A stretch of 64,000 bases of DNA. Origin: Bacteroidia bacterium. Lineage in GTDB: Bacteria; Bacteroidota; Bacteroidia; UKL13-3. A model generated the notes under the pieces. It ran no database searches, had not been told where the DNA came from, and worked only from the letters and a program-made list of their open reading frames with translations. Position numbers and translations under genes: made by a program. The stretch covers positions 8,828 to 72,827 of the forward strand of contig JAIOYZ010000019.1 in NCBI GenBank assembly GCA_021740845.1, read 5' to 3'. Shown here one piece after another: positions 28,869 to 38,671 of the stretch (positions are counted from its first letter, which is position 1; the number at the start of each line of letters is the position of its first letter).

Positions 28869-31598
28869 TTACTGCTTAATGAAATTTATATGGGTGTATT
28901 TTGAGTCTGATTTGAGTCTAAAAATATAGGTTCCTGGAAGCAAATTACGGATAGAAATTGAAGTCTTATTTTCAGCAATTCCTTGTTGAACAATTTGTCC
29001 ATTCATTGAAACTATTTCGTAGTTGAAAGTCTTCCCTAAAGGTAAATTTAGCAAGTTAATTTCATCGCTAGCAGGATTGGGAAATAATTTTAATGCATTT
29101 ACTTCTTCTTGGTTCAAACCGGTTTTTGGATTTAAACTTTGAACATATGCTTGGAATACACCTGAGCCATAAGTTGAAACCACCATTCTTCCATCGCTTT
29201 CTCTATGATCCATCATGGTTACCACCTGGGTTCCAATAGTTGTAGCTCCTTGGCGTGTCCAGATTGTTTGCATGCCATCTATCTTTTTGGTAGCATATAA
29301 ACCGGTGCTTGTTCCCACAAAATAAACCATACTATCTAGTGTTGGTGCCAAAGTTAACCACCTGCAGCTTGGTCCATTTCCAATACCAGTTTGACTCTGC
29401 TCCAAATTACCCGAAATAGCCACCCAAGTTTGCCCTGGGTCTGAACTTTCGAAGATGCTTAATATTGTATAATTAGTAAAAACAACGTAGAGTTTACTAG
29501 TATCTTTTGGATCTTGTGTTATGCAATTAATATATCCAGAAGGGAAATTAGAACCTGTAATATTTTCTGGCTGACTAGTTAAATCTGATGCATTTCTTAA
29601 ACGGTATAAACGCCCTTTTGAAGTACCATAAAACAGTACATCATTTTGACCTTTGGAACTGTAAATACTTGTAATTTCATCTCCTGGAGTTGTTAGTTCT
29701 GTATTGTTTAGGCGAGTCCAATTGATGGCACTGGCATTGCTATCCAATTGATTTTTTAGGGGAATTCCAGTGATATCGCTGTTACGCCAAATAACATTTC
29801 CTGCTGGTGTAAACACCACTTTAAAATCATTTGCATCTGGTGTAAATGGATTTATAAACTGGTACAAATCTTTATCAACTCCTTTCGGATCCATACGAGT
29901 AAACTGTGTTGGAATTCCGTTCGCATCAAAAATCATTCTATGCATTCTTCCTTGTTGAATAGAAAGATAAGCTTCATTTCCTCCGGGCTTAATGTGGCAA
30001 AATGCACCATCGTAACTTAAGGGCATGGTCCAGTTGGATGAAGCCAATGCTATAGTAGTTAAGTAGCTTCCATTGTCTTGCAAACCTCCTAAAGTTAGAT
30101 TAGAATTGCTTCCATGGTCTAAAGCTATGGTATAAAATTGCGAGGTAGTATAACCATGGTTTAAGGATTCCCAAACTACCTCATTTGCCATTCCATCTTG
30201 TGTTAAAGAGATGCCTCCATCGTGGAAGGAAATAATTTTGGAACTATTATTTGGATAAAAAATAATACCATGATTATCTGGATGGTGGTTGGGATAGGTT
30301 TTAAAATCGGGTAAGGTAGTTGCAAGTCCGTAGCCTCCAATCTGAGTAGATTTTGTATTGGTTTTGAACCCATCCAAAGAGCGGTATAAATTAGTTCCTC
30401 CGATATATACCACATCAGCATTATCTGGTTTTACATTTACTTCAAGGCAGTAACCTCCCTGTGAAATATAATCGCCAAAAGCGCCACCAAATGAAGGAAG
30501 ATTGCTGCTTCTATCTTCCCAAGTTGCGCCTGCTCCGGTACCATCGCCACTTAAATAGGTATATTTCCAAAAGCTATTGAATTCACTTTTGCCTTCAAAG
30601 GTTTTGCTTTCTTTACCAATACCAGGAGTGTTGGCAATAAAATATACTTGGTTTTCATCGCTTGGCGAAATACCAATTGAGATGCGGTTCCAAGTGGTTT
30701 GAAAACTATCTGGGGTAATGTTTGCCCAAGTTTTTCCATTGTCTGCAGAGCGCCAAATGCCTTGCTGTTGACCACCCCCAGAAAGCGTGGCGTACACAAT
30801 GCCAGTAGTAGTTATAGCTACATCTGTAAAATAACTATAAGCATTTGCTTGCGAACTGCCACCTCTTACTTTTACCCAGGATAAACCGCCATTAATGCTT
30901 CTATATATTCCATCAAAATTGGCGGCATACACTACATCAATGGAATCAATTTTTGGGTTAAGAGCCAGGCGATGAACCACCGACCAAGCACCAGAAATGC
31001 CACCTAATCCAGAAGATACATTGCCTGCTTTTTTCCAAGTATCTCCTCCATCAATGGATTTGTAAACTCCACTTCCATTGTAAAAAGCTCCTGGAATACT
31101 TCCTCCATATAATTCGCCGGTTGAAGCGTACCATGTTTTGTTTTTACTAGCTCTTTTGTCCTGAACCAAACTAGTTATATTGGCAGTTGGAACACTGTCC
31201 ATATTGGTGGCATACCAAGTAATTCCGCCATTTGTACTACGCCAAACACCACCGGTTGCAGCACCTGCTAATAATACATTTTCATCTGTAACATCAATGG
31301 CAACAGCGCGTGTTCTGCCGCCTACATTGTACGGACCAATAGATTGCCAAGTTGCAAATTTTTGTAAGGAATTATCTGATGGAAGTGTTGCAGAAAACTC
31401 CAATTCCATGGCGCGCATGTTATTGGGTATTTTCCCTGTGCTTGGATCAGCCAGCATCTTCTGCATCATTTTTAATCGTGCAGAAAGATTTTGAGTCATG
31501 CCTTCTGCCGAACCTGTTTTTAAAATTGAAAAAGGTTGAAAACAGAAAGCAATACCCACTAAGAGGAGAGCAATGAATGCAGTAAATTTATTAAGCAT
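28869..31598 (-). CDS. Secreted BNR/sortilin-type repeat protein (GH74-like beta-propellers) with T9SS type-A C-terminal domain.
   Basis: Multiple BNR/Asp-box repeats (WRSTNGGITW, YKSIDGGDTW, YRSINGGLSW, WRSADNGKTW). C-terminus LFPNPASDEINLLNLPLGKTFNYEIVSMNGQIV...LLPGTYIFRLKSD is a T9SS CTD. Confidence 0.7.
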   Translation of the reverse strand: MLNKFTAFIALLLVGIAFCFQPFSILKTGSAEGMTQNLSARLKMMQKMLADPSTGKIPNNMRAMELEFSATLPSDNSLQKFATWQSIGPYNVGGRTRAVAIDVTDENVLLAGAATGGVWRSTNGGITWYATNMDSVPTANITSLVQDKRASKNKTWYASTGELYGGSIPGAFYNGSGVYKSIDGGDTWKKAGNVSSGLGGISGAWSVVHRLALNPKIDSIDVVYAANFDGIYRSINGGLSWVKVRGGSSQANAYSYFTDVAITTTGIVYATLSGGGQQQGIWRSADNGKTWANITPDSFQTTWNRISIGISPSDENQVYFIANTPGIGKESKTFEGKSEFNSFWKYTYLSGDGTGAGATWEDRSSNLPSFGGAFGDYISQGGYCLEVNVKPDNADVVYIGGTNLYRSLDGFKTNTKSTQIGGYGLATTLPDFKTYPNHHPDNHGIIFYPNNSSKIISFHDGGISLTQDGMANEVVWESLNHGYTTSQFYTIALDHGSNSNLTLGGLQDNGSYLTTIALASSNWTMPLSYDGAFCHIKPGGNEAYLSIQQGRMHRMIFDANGIPTQFTRMDPKGVDKDLYQFINPFTPDANDFKVVFTPAGNVIWRNSDITGIPLKNQLDSNASAINWTRLNNTELTTPGDEITSIYSSKGQNDVLFYGTSKGRLYRLRNASDLTSQPENITGSNFPSGYINCITQDPKDTSKLYVVFTNYTILSIFESSDPGQTWVAISGNLEQSQTGIGNGPSCRWLTLAPTLDSMVYFVGTSTGLYATKKIDGMQTIWTRQGATTIGTQVVTMMDHRESDGRMVVSTYGSGVFQAYVQSLNPKTGLNQEEVNALKLFPNPASDEINLLNLPLGKTFNYEIVSMNGQIVQQGIAENKTSISIRNLLPGTYIFRLKSDSKYTHINFIKQ

Positions 31599-31690
31599 AA
31601 ATGTATTCTATAAAAATCAAAAATACATTTTCTTACTTAAAGCAATAGAATTATCTCAAAGCCTTTTCGGTTTGAACCAATTTCATCAGT

Positions 31691-34366
31691 TTAATTATCA
31701 TAACCCAAGTTAGGCGACAACCATTTTTCCATGTATTCCAATGATTCTCCTTTGCGCTTGGCATAGTCTTCTACTTGGTCTTTGCTAATCTTACCAACTG
31801 CAAAATACTTGCTATCTGGATGTGCAAAATAAAATCCGCTAACGGCAGCAGTTGGATACATAGCATAATTTTCTGTAAGCGTTATGCCAGTTTCTTTCTC
31901 AGCATTTAACAAATTAAACAACTTGCGTTTCTCTGTATGGTCTGGGCAAGCAGGATAACCTGGCGCAGGACGAATACTAATATATTTCTCGCGAATAATT
32001 TCTTCGTTTGTTAACTGTTCTCCTTTTCCAAATCCCCAATATTCGGTTCTAACCAACTCATGCATTTTCTCAGCAAAGGCTTCTGCTAATCTATCTGCAA
32101 TGGCCTTAATCATGATGCTATTGTAATCATCGTGGTCTGCTTCGTATTTCTCGATGAGAGGTTCAATTCCAATACCAGCTGTTACAGCAAAGAATCCCAT
32201 ATAATCTTGTTTGCCGCTTTCTATGGGTGCAACAAAATCTGCCAAACATAAATAAGGTTGATCGGCAGCTTTTTCATTTTGCTGACGTAAGAAATGGAAG
32301 CTAATTTCTTCAGAATTATTCACCTTAATTTTCACATCATCTCCATATGAATTGGCTTCATACATTCCAAAAACACCTTTTGCTTGTAATAACTTTCCTG
32401 CAATTACTTCGTCCAACATTTTATTGGCATCTTCAAATAATTTTTTGGCTTCTACACCAATAATTTTATCCTCAAAAATGCTTGGATATTTTCCTGCCAA
32501 TTCCCAAGTTAAGAAGAAAGGAGTCCAATCAATTCTCTCCCGCAGTTGCTCCAAAGGAAAATCAATCAAAGTTTTATTTCCCAAGAAAGTTGGCGCCACA
32601 ATATCCTCGTAGGTCAAGGCCATTTTCTTCGCTCGCGCTTGGTTCAAACCGACAAAATTTTTCTCTTTTCTTCTGTTTTTATAGTCTATTCTAAACTGCT
32701 CGTATTCTGCTTTGAATTTTGCAGTAGTACCAGCCAATTGATCTTTGCTAATAAGACTTTGCGCTACAGGAACACTTTTACTTGCATCCAATACATGTAC
32801 TACGGGGCCGCTATAAACTGGATCAATCTTAACAGCAGTATGTGCTCTTGAAGTAGTTGCGCCACCTATTAACAATGGAATTTTCAAGCCTAATCTTTCC
32901 ATCTCTTTGGCCACATGAACCATTTCGTCTAAGCTAGGTGTAATCAATCCACTCAAGCCAATTACATCTACTTTTTCTCTCAGGGCAGTTTCCAAAATTT
33001 TCTCCGCAGGGACCATTACCCCAATATCAATAATTTCAAAATTATTACATGCCATTACCACACCCACAATGTTCTTTCCAATATCATGCACATCACCTTT
33101 AACAGTGGCCATTAATATCTTGCCTTGTGAGGTACTTGTATCGCCAGACAATTTCTTCTCTGCATCCATATAAGGCATGAGGTAAGCCACCGCCTTTTTC
33201 ATAACACGTGCACTTTTTACAACTTGCGGTAAAAACATTTTGCCTGAACCAAACAAATCACCAACGATGTTCATCCCGGCCATCAATGGTCCTTCAATCA
33301 CTTCTAAAGGACGAGCAAATTGTTGGCGGGCTTCTTCAGTGTCCTCGTCGATAAACTCTACAATACCTTTTACCAAAGCATGGCTCAAACGCTCTGTTAC
33401 CGGTGCATTGCGCCATTCTAAATCCAATACTTTTTCTTTGCCTTTTCCTTTAACTTTCTCGGCATATTCCAATAAACGCTCAGTGGCATCGTCTCTTCTA
33501 TCTAGCAAAACATCTTCTACATGTTCTAATAAATCTTTATCAATTTGGTCGTATACTTCTAACTGACTAGGATTAACAATACCCATGGTCATACCATTTT
33601 GAATACCATGATATAAGAAGGCTGAGTGCATAGCTTCGCGCACTTTATCGTTACCACGGAAAGAGAAAGACACATTGCTCACACCACCACTAATTTTAGC
33701 ACCAGGAAGATTTTCTGTAATCCACTTGCTACCTCTAAAGAAGTCGATGGCATTTCTGCGATGTTCTTCCATGCCGGTTGCCACAGGGAAAATATTTGGA
33801 TCAAAAATGATATCTCCAGCTGGGAAATGAACTTTCTCTGTTAAGATGCGATAAGCTCTTTCTGCAATTTCAATTCTGCGCTCGTAGTTGTCTGCTTGAC
33901 CAACTTCATCAAATAGCATAACAATTACTGCGGCACCAAAACGCTTCACAATTTTTGCTTGACGAATAAATTCTTCTTCACCACCTTTCATGGAAATGGA
34001 GTTAACGATGCACTTTCCTTGCACGCATTTTAGTCCGGCCTCAATGATTTCCCATTTGGAGGAATCTATCATAATTGGAACGCGAGAGATATCTGGCTCG
34101 GAGGCAATTAAATTTAAGAAACGAACCATGGCTTCTACGCCATCAATCATTCCTTCGTCCATATTAATATCAATAACCTGCGCTCCGCCTTCTACTTGCT
34201 GGCGTGCAACGGCTAAAGCTTCTTCAAAGTTTCCTTCTTTAATCAAACGAAGGAACATTTTTGAACCGGTAACATTTGTTCGTTCACCAACATTAACAAA
34301 ATTTGTTTCTTTGGTAATTACTAGTGGCTCAAGACCTGAGAGTCGTAATGTATAATCTTTGTTCAT
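31691..34366 (-). CDS. metH: Methionine synthase MetH, C-terminal polypeptide (pterin-binding, B12-binding and AdoMet-activation modules).
   Basis: Pterin-binding module ([12 protein letters not shown]...[12 protein letters not shown]), B12-binding DxHxxG ([11 protein letters not shown]) and reactivation domain. 891 aa. The Hcy-binding module is encoded separately at 34869..35876. Confidence 0.9.
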   Translation of the reverse strand: MNKDYTLRLSGLEPLVITKETNFVNVGERTNVTGSKMFLRLIKEGNFEEALAVARQQVEGGAQVIDINMDEGMIDGVEAMVRFLNLIASEPDISRVPIMIDSSKWEIIEAGLKCVQGKCIVNSISMKGGEEEFIRQAKIVKRFGAAVIVMLFDEVGQADNYERRIEIAERAYRILTEKVHFPAGDIIFDPNIFPVATGMEEHRRNAIDFFRGSKWITENLPGAKISGGVSNVSFSFRGNDKVREAMHSAFLYHGIQNGMTMGIVNPSQLEVYDQIDKDLLEHVEDVLLDRRDDATERLLEYAEKVKGKGKEKVLDLEWRNAPVTERLSHALVKGIVEFIDEDTEEARQQFARPLEVIEGPLMAGMNIVGDLFGSGKMFLPQVVKSARVMKKAVAYLMPYMDAEKKLSGDTSTSQGKILMATVKGDVHDIGKNIVGVVMACNNFEIIDIGVMVPAEKILETALREKVDVIGLSGLITPSLDEMVHVAKEMERLGLKIPLLIGGATTSRAHTAVKIDPVYSGPVVHVLDASKSVPVAQSLISKDQLAGTTAKFKAEYEQFRIDYKNRRKEKNFVGLNQARAKKMALTYEDIVAPTFLGNKTLIDFPLEQLRERIDWTPFFLTWELAGKYPSIFEDKIIGVEAKKLFEDANKMLDEVIAGKLLQAKGVFGMYEANSYGDDVKIKVNNSEEISFHFLRQQNEKAADQPYLCLADFVAPIESGKQDYMGFFAVTAGIGIEPLIEKYEADHDDYNSIMIKAIADRLAEAFAEKMHELVRTEYWGFGKGEQLTNEEIIREKYISIRPAPGYPACPDHTEKRKLFNLLNAEKETGITLTENYAMYPTAAVSGFYFAHPDSKYFAVGKISKDQVEDYAKRKGESLEYMEKWLSPNLGYDN

Positions 34367-34376
34367 TGTTTTTTTT

Positions 34377-34428
34377 GCTTTTAGCTATTAGCCTTTAGCC
34401 TCTGGCTGCTGGCTTCTAGCAGCTAGCC
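34377..34428. repeat. GCTAGC/CTGGC-rich low-complexity repeat R1 (TTAGCTATTAGCCTTTAGCCTCTGGCTGCTGGCTTCTAGCAGCTAGCC).
   Basis: Related to R3 (35881..35928) in direct orientation and to R2 (34861..34900) in inverted orientation. It lies in the spacer between the metH start and the inserted four-helix-bundle gene. Confidence 0.6.
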
Positions 34429-34450
34429 AATTTTTAAAAGCTTTACTAAT

Positions 34451-34816
34451 TTATAATTTATTATCCTGTTTTATTTTCAAAATCAAATTGTTTATTTGCC
34501 TTTGAATTATATTAATATCAGAAATTAATGTGGCAATATTTTCCTCACTCACAAATCCCACATCCTTACATAATATTAATTGTGTTTCTAATTCAAAAGA
34601 GGAGCCAATTGCCATCTCTAAAAATCGTTTGAACTCCACATCACTAGTTCTACTCGTTCCTTCAGCAATGTTCGAAGGAATTGAAATTGCTGCTCTGCAG
34701 ATCTGAGAAACCAACCCAAATTTTTCTTCTTTAGGCAAAATAATGGAAAATTGATAAACGTGTTTAACCAATTCCATTCCTAATCTCCAAACCTCATATT
34801 TTTTAAAATCTCTCAT
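34451..34816 (-). CDS. Four-helix-bundle protein (23S rRNA intervening-sequence protein family, TIGR02436-like).
   Basis: 121 aa with the characteristic AISIPSNIAEGTSRTSDVEFKRFLEMAIGSSFELETQL motif. It is inserted between the two halves of split metH. Confidence 0.75.
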   Translation of the reverse strand: MRDFKKYEVWRLGMELVKHVYQFSIILPKEEKFGLVSQICRAAISIPSNIAEGTSRTSDVEFKRFLEMAIGSSFELETQLILCKDVGFVSEENIATLISDINIIQRQINNLILKIKQDNKL

Positions 34817-34860
34817 AATTATTCCTTATCGCAAGCCATTTTCCTATGTATATATAAATA

Positions 34861-34900
34861 GCTAGATGCTAGGCGCCAGAAGCTAGATGCAATATCCTAG
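34861..34900. repeat. Repeat R2 (GCTAGATGCTAGGCGCCAGAAGCTAGATGC...), inverted copy of the R1/R3 family.
   Basis: The reverse complement GCATCTAGCTTCTGGC matches R3 at 35913-35928. It overlaps the 3' end of the metH Hcy-domain ORF. Confidence 0.55.
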
Positions 34901-35876
34901 GTGAATAATTTGAGGCCATATCAGCAATTGCTTTGATGTGGTCTGGAGTTGTGCCGCAGCAGCCGCCGAGGATGTTTACCAATCCTTCTTTGCAAAATTC
35001 TTCTACTTGCTTGGCCATTGCAGCAGGACTTTCATCGTATTCTCCAAACTCATTGGGTAAGCCGGCATTTGGGTATGCACTCACAAAGAAATCGGATTTG
35101 CCAGACAGCACTTGTAAATAGGGTCTTAGTGCACTTGCACCCAAAGCACAGTTTAAACCAATGCTTAATAATGGCATGTGTTGCATGCTTATTAAAAATG
35201 CTTCTGTGGTTTGACCCGACAAGGTTCTTCCTGATGCATCGGTGATGGTACCAGAAATCATTACTGGGTAATGTTTGCCTAATTCTTCAAATAATTCATC
35301 AACAGCGTACAATGCAGCTTTAGCATTAAGTGTATCGAAGATGGTTTCTATTAAAAGTAAATCTGCACCACCTTCTAATAATTTACGAGCTTGTTGTTTG
35401 TATGCACTTACTAATTCATCAAAGGTAACGGCTCTGTAACCAGGGTCATTTACATCAGGACTTAATGACAAGGTTCTATTAGTTGGACCCATGGCACCAG
35501 CTACAAAACGAGGTTTGGCAGGGTTTAAGGCTGTAACTTCTACGGCTACTTCTTTAGCAATCTTAGCAGATTCAAAGTTAATTTTGTCAACCCAATCCTG
35601 ACCCAAATCGTAATCTGCTTGAGCGATAACGGTACCACTGAAGGTATTTGTTTCGATGATATCTGCACCTGCATCGAAGTATTGACGATGAATTGCTTTG
35701 ATAACATCGGGTCTGGTAAACGACAATAAATCGTTGTTGCCTTTTAAAGGTTTCGGATGATTTTGAAGACCATCGTTTCTAAAATCTTTCTCTTCTAGAC
35801 TGTAGCGTTGGATCATGGTACCCATTGCTCCATCTAAGATGAGAATTCGTTGTTTTAATATTTCGCGTATGTTCAT
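34869..35876 (-). CDS. metH: Methionine synthase N-terminal homocysteine-binding (S-methyltransferase) module, as a separate polypeptide.
   Basis: [23 protein letters not shown]... and the Zn-binding GGCCGTTP motif. The ORF track starts at 35936, but the first 20 codons translate the low-complexity repeat R3, so the start is moved to the MNIREIL codon. Confidence 0.85.
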   Translation of the reverse strand: MNIREILKQRILILDGAMGTMIQRYSLEEKDFRNDGLQNHPKPLKGNNDLLSFTRPDVIKAIHRQYFDAGADIIETNTFSGTVIAQADYDLGQDWVDKINFESAKIAKEVAVEVTALNPAKPRFVAGAMGPTNRTLSLSPDVNDPGYRAVTFDELVSAYKQQARKLLEGGADLLLIETIFDTLNAKAALYAVDELFEELGKHYPVMISGTITDASGRTLSGQTTEAFLISMQHMPLLSIGLNCALGASALRPYLQVLSGKSDFFVSAYPNAGLPNEFGEYDESPAAMAKQVEEFCKEGLVNILGGCCGTTPDHIKAIADMASNYSPRILHLASGA

Positions 35877-35880
35877 GTTA

Positions 35881-35928
35881 TTAGCTTTAGGCAAAGGCTT
35901 CTGGCTTCTGGCATCTAGCTTCTGGCAT
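35881..35928. repeat. Repeat R3 (TTAGCTTTAGGCAAAGGCTTCTGGCTTCTGGCATCTAGCTTCTGGCAT).
   Basis: Direct copy related to R1. It lies in the leader between the SAM riboswitch and the metH Hcy-domain start. Confidence 0.6.
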
Positions 35929-35999
35929 AATTGCAAGAAACAAAAAGCAAGAGGCTATTTGCATTATTTCTTTCCAAAAATTCGTCTGATTTTGTGTTT

Positions 36000-36150
36000 G
36001 AAGGTTACCTAAAGGAGACCGAATCATTCACTTATCAGCATTCGGGGGAGAACCCTCGAAAAAGGTATTAGCACTATCTGCTGGTTAGCCGACTTGCCAA
36101 GACATCATTGGGCCTATTCCCTCCGTCTTTCTGGATAAGTGAGGCAAATA
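36000..36150 (-). ncRNA. SAM-I (S-box) riboswitch in the leader of the split metH operon.
   Basis: The minus strand reads CTCACTTATCCAGAAAGACGGAGGGAATAGGCCCAATGATGTCTTGGCAAGTCGGCTAACCAGC...GTGCTAATACC...GCTGATAAGTGA. This matches the SAM-I consensus (cuCUUAUCaaGAGaGGuGGAGGGAcuGGCCCgAUGAaaCCcgGCAACC...GUGCcAAuuCC...GAUGAG), including P1 closure, and is followed by a CCGAAT/ATTCGG hairpin. Confidence 0.75.
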
Positions 36151-36392
36151 TATACGTTTTATCTATTTATATAAAACTTTAAATGGAAGAGGAAAAAAAT
36201 CAATCTAAAATACTTTAAAGGCCTTTTGGTTCAAACCGAAACCTGCAAAAGCATTGTTGAATTTGGGGACAAGCGGTGGATAAGCCCCTTGAAAGACAAG
36301 GCGATTTGTTATTAAACCAACAATAATTCAGCACTTTAGCTATTAATCCAAATATTAGTTATACTTTTGCGCCTCAATTTTAATAAAGTACT

Positions 36393-38336
36393 TTGAAAAA
36401 TTTTAGTGATTTAGGCGTAGAGCAGTCCCTCTTGAATGCGATTCAAGAACTGGGTTTTGAGAACCCAACGCCTATACAGGAGCAGACAATCCCTGTATTT
36501 TTAGAAACCGGACGCGACATTTTAGGATTAGCCCAGACGGGCACCGGTAAAACAGCAGCATTTGGCCTGCCTATTTTGCAGTTGCTTGACCCTTCTGCCA
36601 AGCATATCCAATCTTTGATTATTTGTCCTACTCGCGAACTTTGCATGCAAATTTCTCGCGATCTTGCTAGTTATAGCAAACACAAGCCAGGTATTAACAC
36701 CGTAGCAGTTTATGGTGGTGCTAGTATTGAGCGCCAAATCAGTGACATTAGACGTGGAGCACATATTATTGTTGCAACTCCAGGCCGTTTAATGGATTTA
36801 ATGAAACGTAAAGCCATCAACATTAACCAAGTTAATTTTGTGGTTTTAGATGAAGCAGATGAAATGTTGAACATGGGCTTTGAAGAGGATGTAGAATACA
36901 TTCTTGGTCATACCCCAGAAACAAAACGCGTTTGTTTATTTAGTGCTACCATGCCTAAAGCCATTCGTAACATTGCCAACAGGTATATGAACGATGCAGT
37001 TGAAATTAGTGTAGGTAAATCTAACTCGGGTAATGTTAACATTACTCACCAATATTCTGTGGTACATGCCAGAGATAAATATGCAGCCTTAAAACGTTAT
37101 GTTGATTTTAACTCAGATAACTTGTATTGCATTATCTTTTGTACTACTAAAAATGAAACTCAAGATATCAGCGATAAGTTGATTAAAGACGGTTACAATG
37201 CCGATTGTTTGCACGGAGATTTAAGTCAGGCACAACGCGAAAAGGTAATGAACCGTTTTCGTCACCATGCCATTAAAATTCTTTTGGCAACAGACGTAGC
37301 AGCAAGAGGAATTGATGTGAGTGGATTAACTCATGTTATCCATTTCCATTTACCAGATGATATTGAAAATTACACACACCGTAGCGGAAGAACCGGACGT
37401 GCAGGTAAATTAGGGGTTTCCTTTACTTTACTTCATATGCGTGAAGGTGGAAGATTGAAAGATATTGAGCGTATTAGTAATATCAAATTTGAAAAAGTTT
37501 TGATACCAAGTGCGCAAGATGTTCGCGATAAAAAATTAGTTGCCTTTACCGATACCATTATCAATACTGAGATTGAAGAAAGCATTTTCGACACTCAAGT
37601 AATGGGAAGCTTAACTAGCTTAATGGAATTAGAAAAGGAAGAGTTATTGAAGAAATTCTTATCTCTTGAGTTGCGCAGATTCTCTGTAGATTTTGCCAAC
37701 GAACCAGACTTAAATTCATCTGCTGGAGCTAGCGACCGTGGAGCCAGAGATGGCGGTGGAAGAGCTGCAAGAGGAACTAGAATTTTTGTTAGCTTAGGTA
37801 AGAAAGACGGATTTGATATTCGTAGTTTCAAAGACTGGGTTGCAGAAGCATCTAATGTTTCTTGGAAAGATTTACATGTTGATGTAAGTGGTGTTTACAG
37901 TTTTGTAGATGCTAAAGACGAAAATGTGGCAAGTATTGTTGCTTCTTTAAATGGAACTACTTACAAAGATCGCCCAGTGCGCGCTGAAGTTAGTGGCGAC
38001 AAGAGAAGTGGTGGCGGTTCATTTGGCGGTGGAGAAAGAAGAAGCAGAGGCGGTTCTTTTGAAGGCGGCGGTGATAGAAGAAGAAGCGGCGGATCTTACG
38101 AAGGTGGCGGCGATAGAAGAAGTAGTGGTTCTTATGAAGGTGGTGGCGATAGAAGAAGAAGTAGCAGTTCTTCAGACGATAGACCACCACGTACATTTGG
38201 CGGCGGAGAAGGTAGAAGTAGAGACACAGCTAGAAGATCTGAAGGCAGCAGCTTTGGCGGCGACAGAAGAAGAAGCGAAAACAGAGGAGAAGGTAGTCGC
38301 GGTGGCGAAAGAAGACCAAGACGTAGAATGGATTAA
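36393..38336 (+). CDS. DEAD-box ATP-dependent RNA helicase (DeaD/CsdA-like) with DbpA-type RNA-binding domain and Arg/Gly-rich repetitive tail.
   Basis: Q-motif, Walker A AQTGTGKT, DEAD (VLDEADEM), SAT and HRSGRTGRAG motifs. The C-terminal ~120 aa consist of GGDRRRSGGSYEGGGDRR-type repeats. Confidence 0.9.
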   Translation: MKNFSDLGVEQSLLNAIQELGFENPTPIQEQTIPVFLETGRDILGLAQTGTGKTAAFGLPILQLLDPSAKHIQSLIICPTRELCMQISRDLASYSKHKPGINTVAVYGGASIERQISDIRRGAHIIVATPGRLMDLMKRKAININQVNFVVLDEADEMLNMGFEEDVEYILGHTPETKRVCLFSATMPKAIRNIANRYMNDAVEISVGKSNSGNVNITHQYSVVHARDKYAALKRYVDFNSDNLYCIIFCTTKNETQDISDKLIKDGYNADCLHGDLSQAQREKVMNRFRHHAIKILLATDVAARGIDVSGLTHVIHFHLPDDIENYTHRSGRTGRAGKLGVSFTLLHMREGGRLKDIERISNIKFEKVLIPSAQDVRDKKLVAFTDTIINTEIEESIFDTQVMGSLTSLMELEKEELLKKFLSLELRRFSVDFANEPDLNSSAGASDRGARDGGGRAARGTRIFVSLGKKDGFDIRSFKDWVAEASNVSWKDLHVDVSGVYSFVDAKDENVASIVASLNGTTYKDRPVRAEVSGDKRSGGGSFGGGERRSRGGSFEGGGDRRRSGGSYEGGGDRRSSGSYEGGGDRRRSSSSSDDRPPRTFGGGEGRSRDTARRSEGSSFGGDRRRSENRGEGSRGGERRPRRRMD

Positions 38337-38359
38337 TTTCCTTTTATAAATTTATATCA

Positions 38360-38395
38360 AACCCGGAGCTGCAAAGTTTCCGGGTTTTTTCTTGT
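38360..38395 (+). terminator. Rho-independent terminator after the helicase gene.
   Basis: AAACCCGGagctgcaaagtttCCGGGTTTTTTCTT: an 8-bp GC-containing stem followed by a T run, 24 nt after the stop codon. Confidence 0.7.
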
Positions 38396-38525
38396 CATTT
38401 CGGTTTGAACCAAGCTTATTTTTAAGTTAGAAGAAAGGAATAAAAATTAAACCCGGCCTATAAAGTTATGGGTTCATTTTTTGTTTTTTTCGGTTTGAAC
38501 CAAGCCTGTTTTTTAGTAAAAAAAA
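38396..38525. repeat. Tandem duplication of a ~45-80 bp unit that begins with the abundant TTCGGTTTGAACCAAGC motif.
   Basis: 38398-38445 (TTTCGGTTTGAACCAAGCTTATTTTTAAGTTAGAAGAAAGGAATAAAAA) and 38489-38536 (TTTCGGTTTGAACCAAGCCTGTTTTTTAGTAAAAAAAAATAGAAAAAAG) are about 75% identical. Confidence 0.55.
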
Positions 38526-38555
38526 ATAGAAAAAAGTGAATTTGGAGGTTTTGAA

Positions 38556-38636
38556 TTGACGGAAATTAGTTGAATTCCGTCAGTTGATTGACGGAAATTA
38601 GTTGAATTCCGTCAGTTGGTTGACGGAAATTGGGAT
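38556..38636. repeat. 2.5 tandem copies of a 32-bp palindrome-containing unit (TTGACGGAAATTAGTTGAATTCCGTCAGTTGA). Operator-like, immediately upstream of a TATATTTG (-7-type) box and the second DUF4143 ATPase gene.
   Basis: Units at 38556-38587, 38588-38619 (one mismatch) and a truncated third at 38620-38636. Each unit contains the inverted repeat GACGGAA...TTCCGTC. The TAnnTTTG match lies at 38643-38650 and the ATG at 38672. Confidence 0.7.
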
Positions 38637-38671
38637 TTTTTGTATATTTGTTGAAGGAAAGGACTACCAAA

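Noticed and set aside
34377-35928. R1/R2/R3 GCTAGC-rich repeats as coding sequence. The track ORF 34869..35936 translates R3 as [20 protein letters not shown] and R2 as ...ILHLASGA.
   Set aside because: The repeat-encoded extensions are low complexity and lie outside the conserved Hcy-binding module. I trimmed the N-terminus to MNIREIL and regard the C-terminal overlap with R2 as incidental.
38556-38636. Possible CRISPR array (regular short repeats).
   Set aside because: Only 2.5 units of 32 bp, directly abutting with no spacers, no cas genes anywhere in the window, and the unit is itself an inverted repeat next to a promoter. I read it as an operator-like tandem repeat, not a CRISPR array.
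38630-38671. ORF-track start of the second ATPase at 38630 (MGFFVYLLKERTTK...).
   Set aside because: Those codons translate the tandem-repeat and promoter DNA. Homology with the paralog and the Walker A position fit the ATG at 38672.
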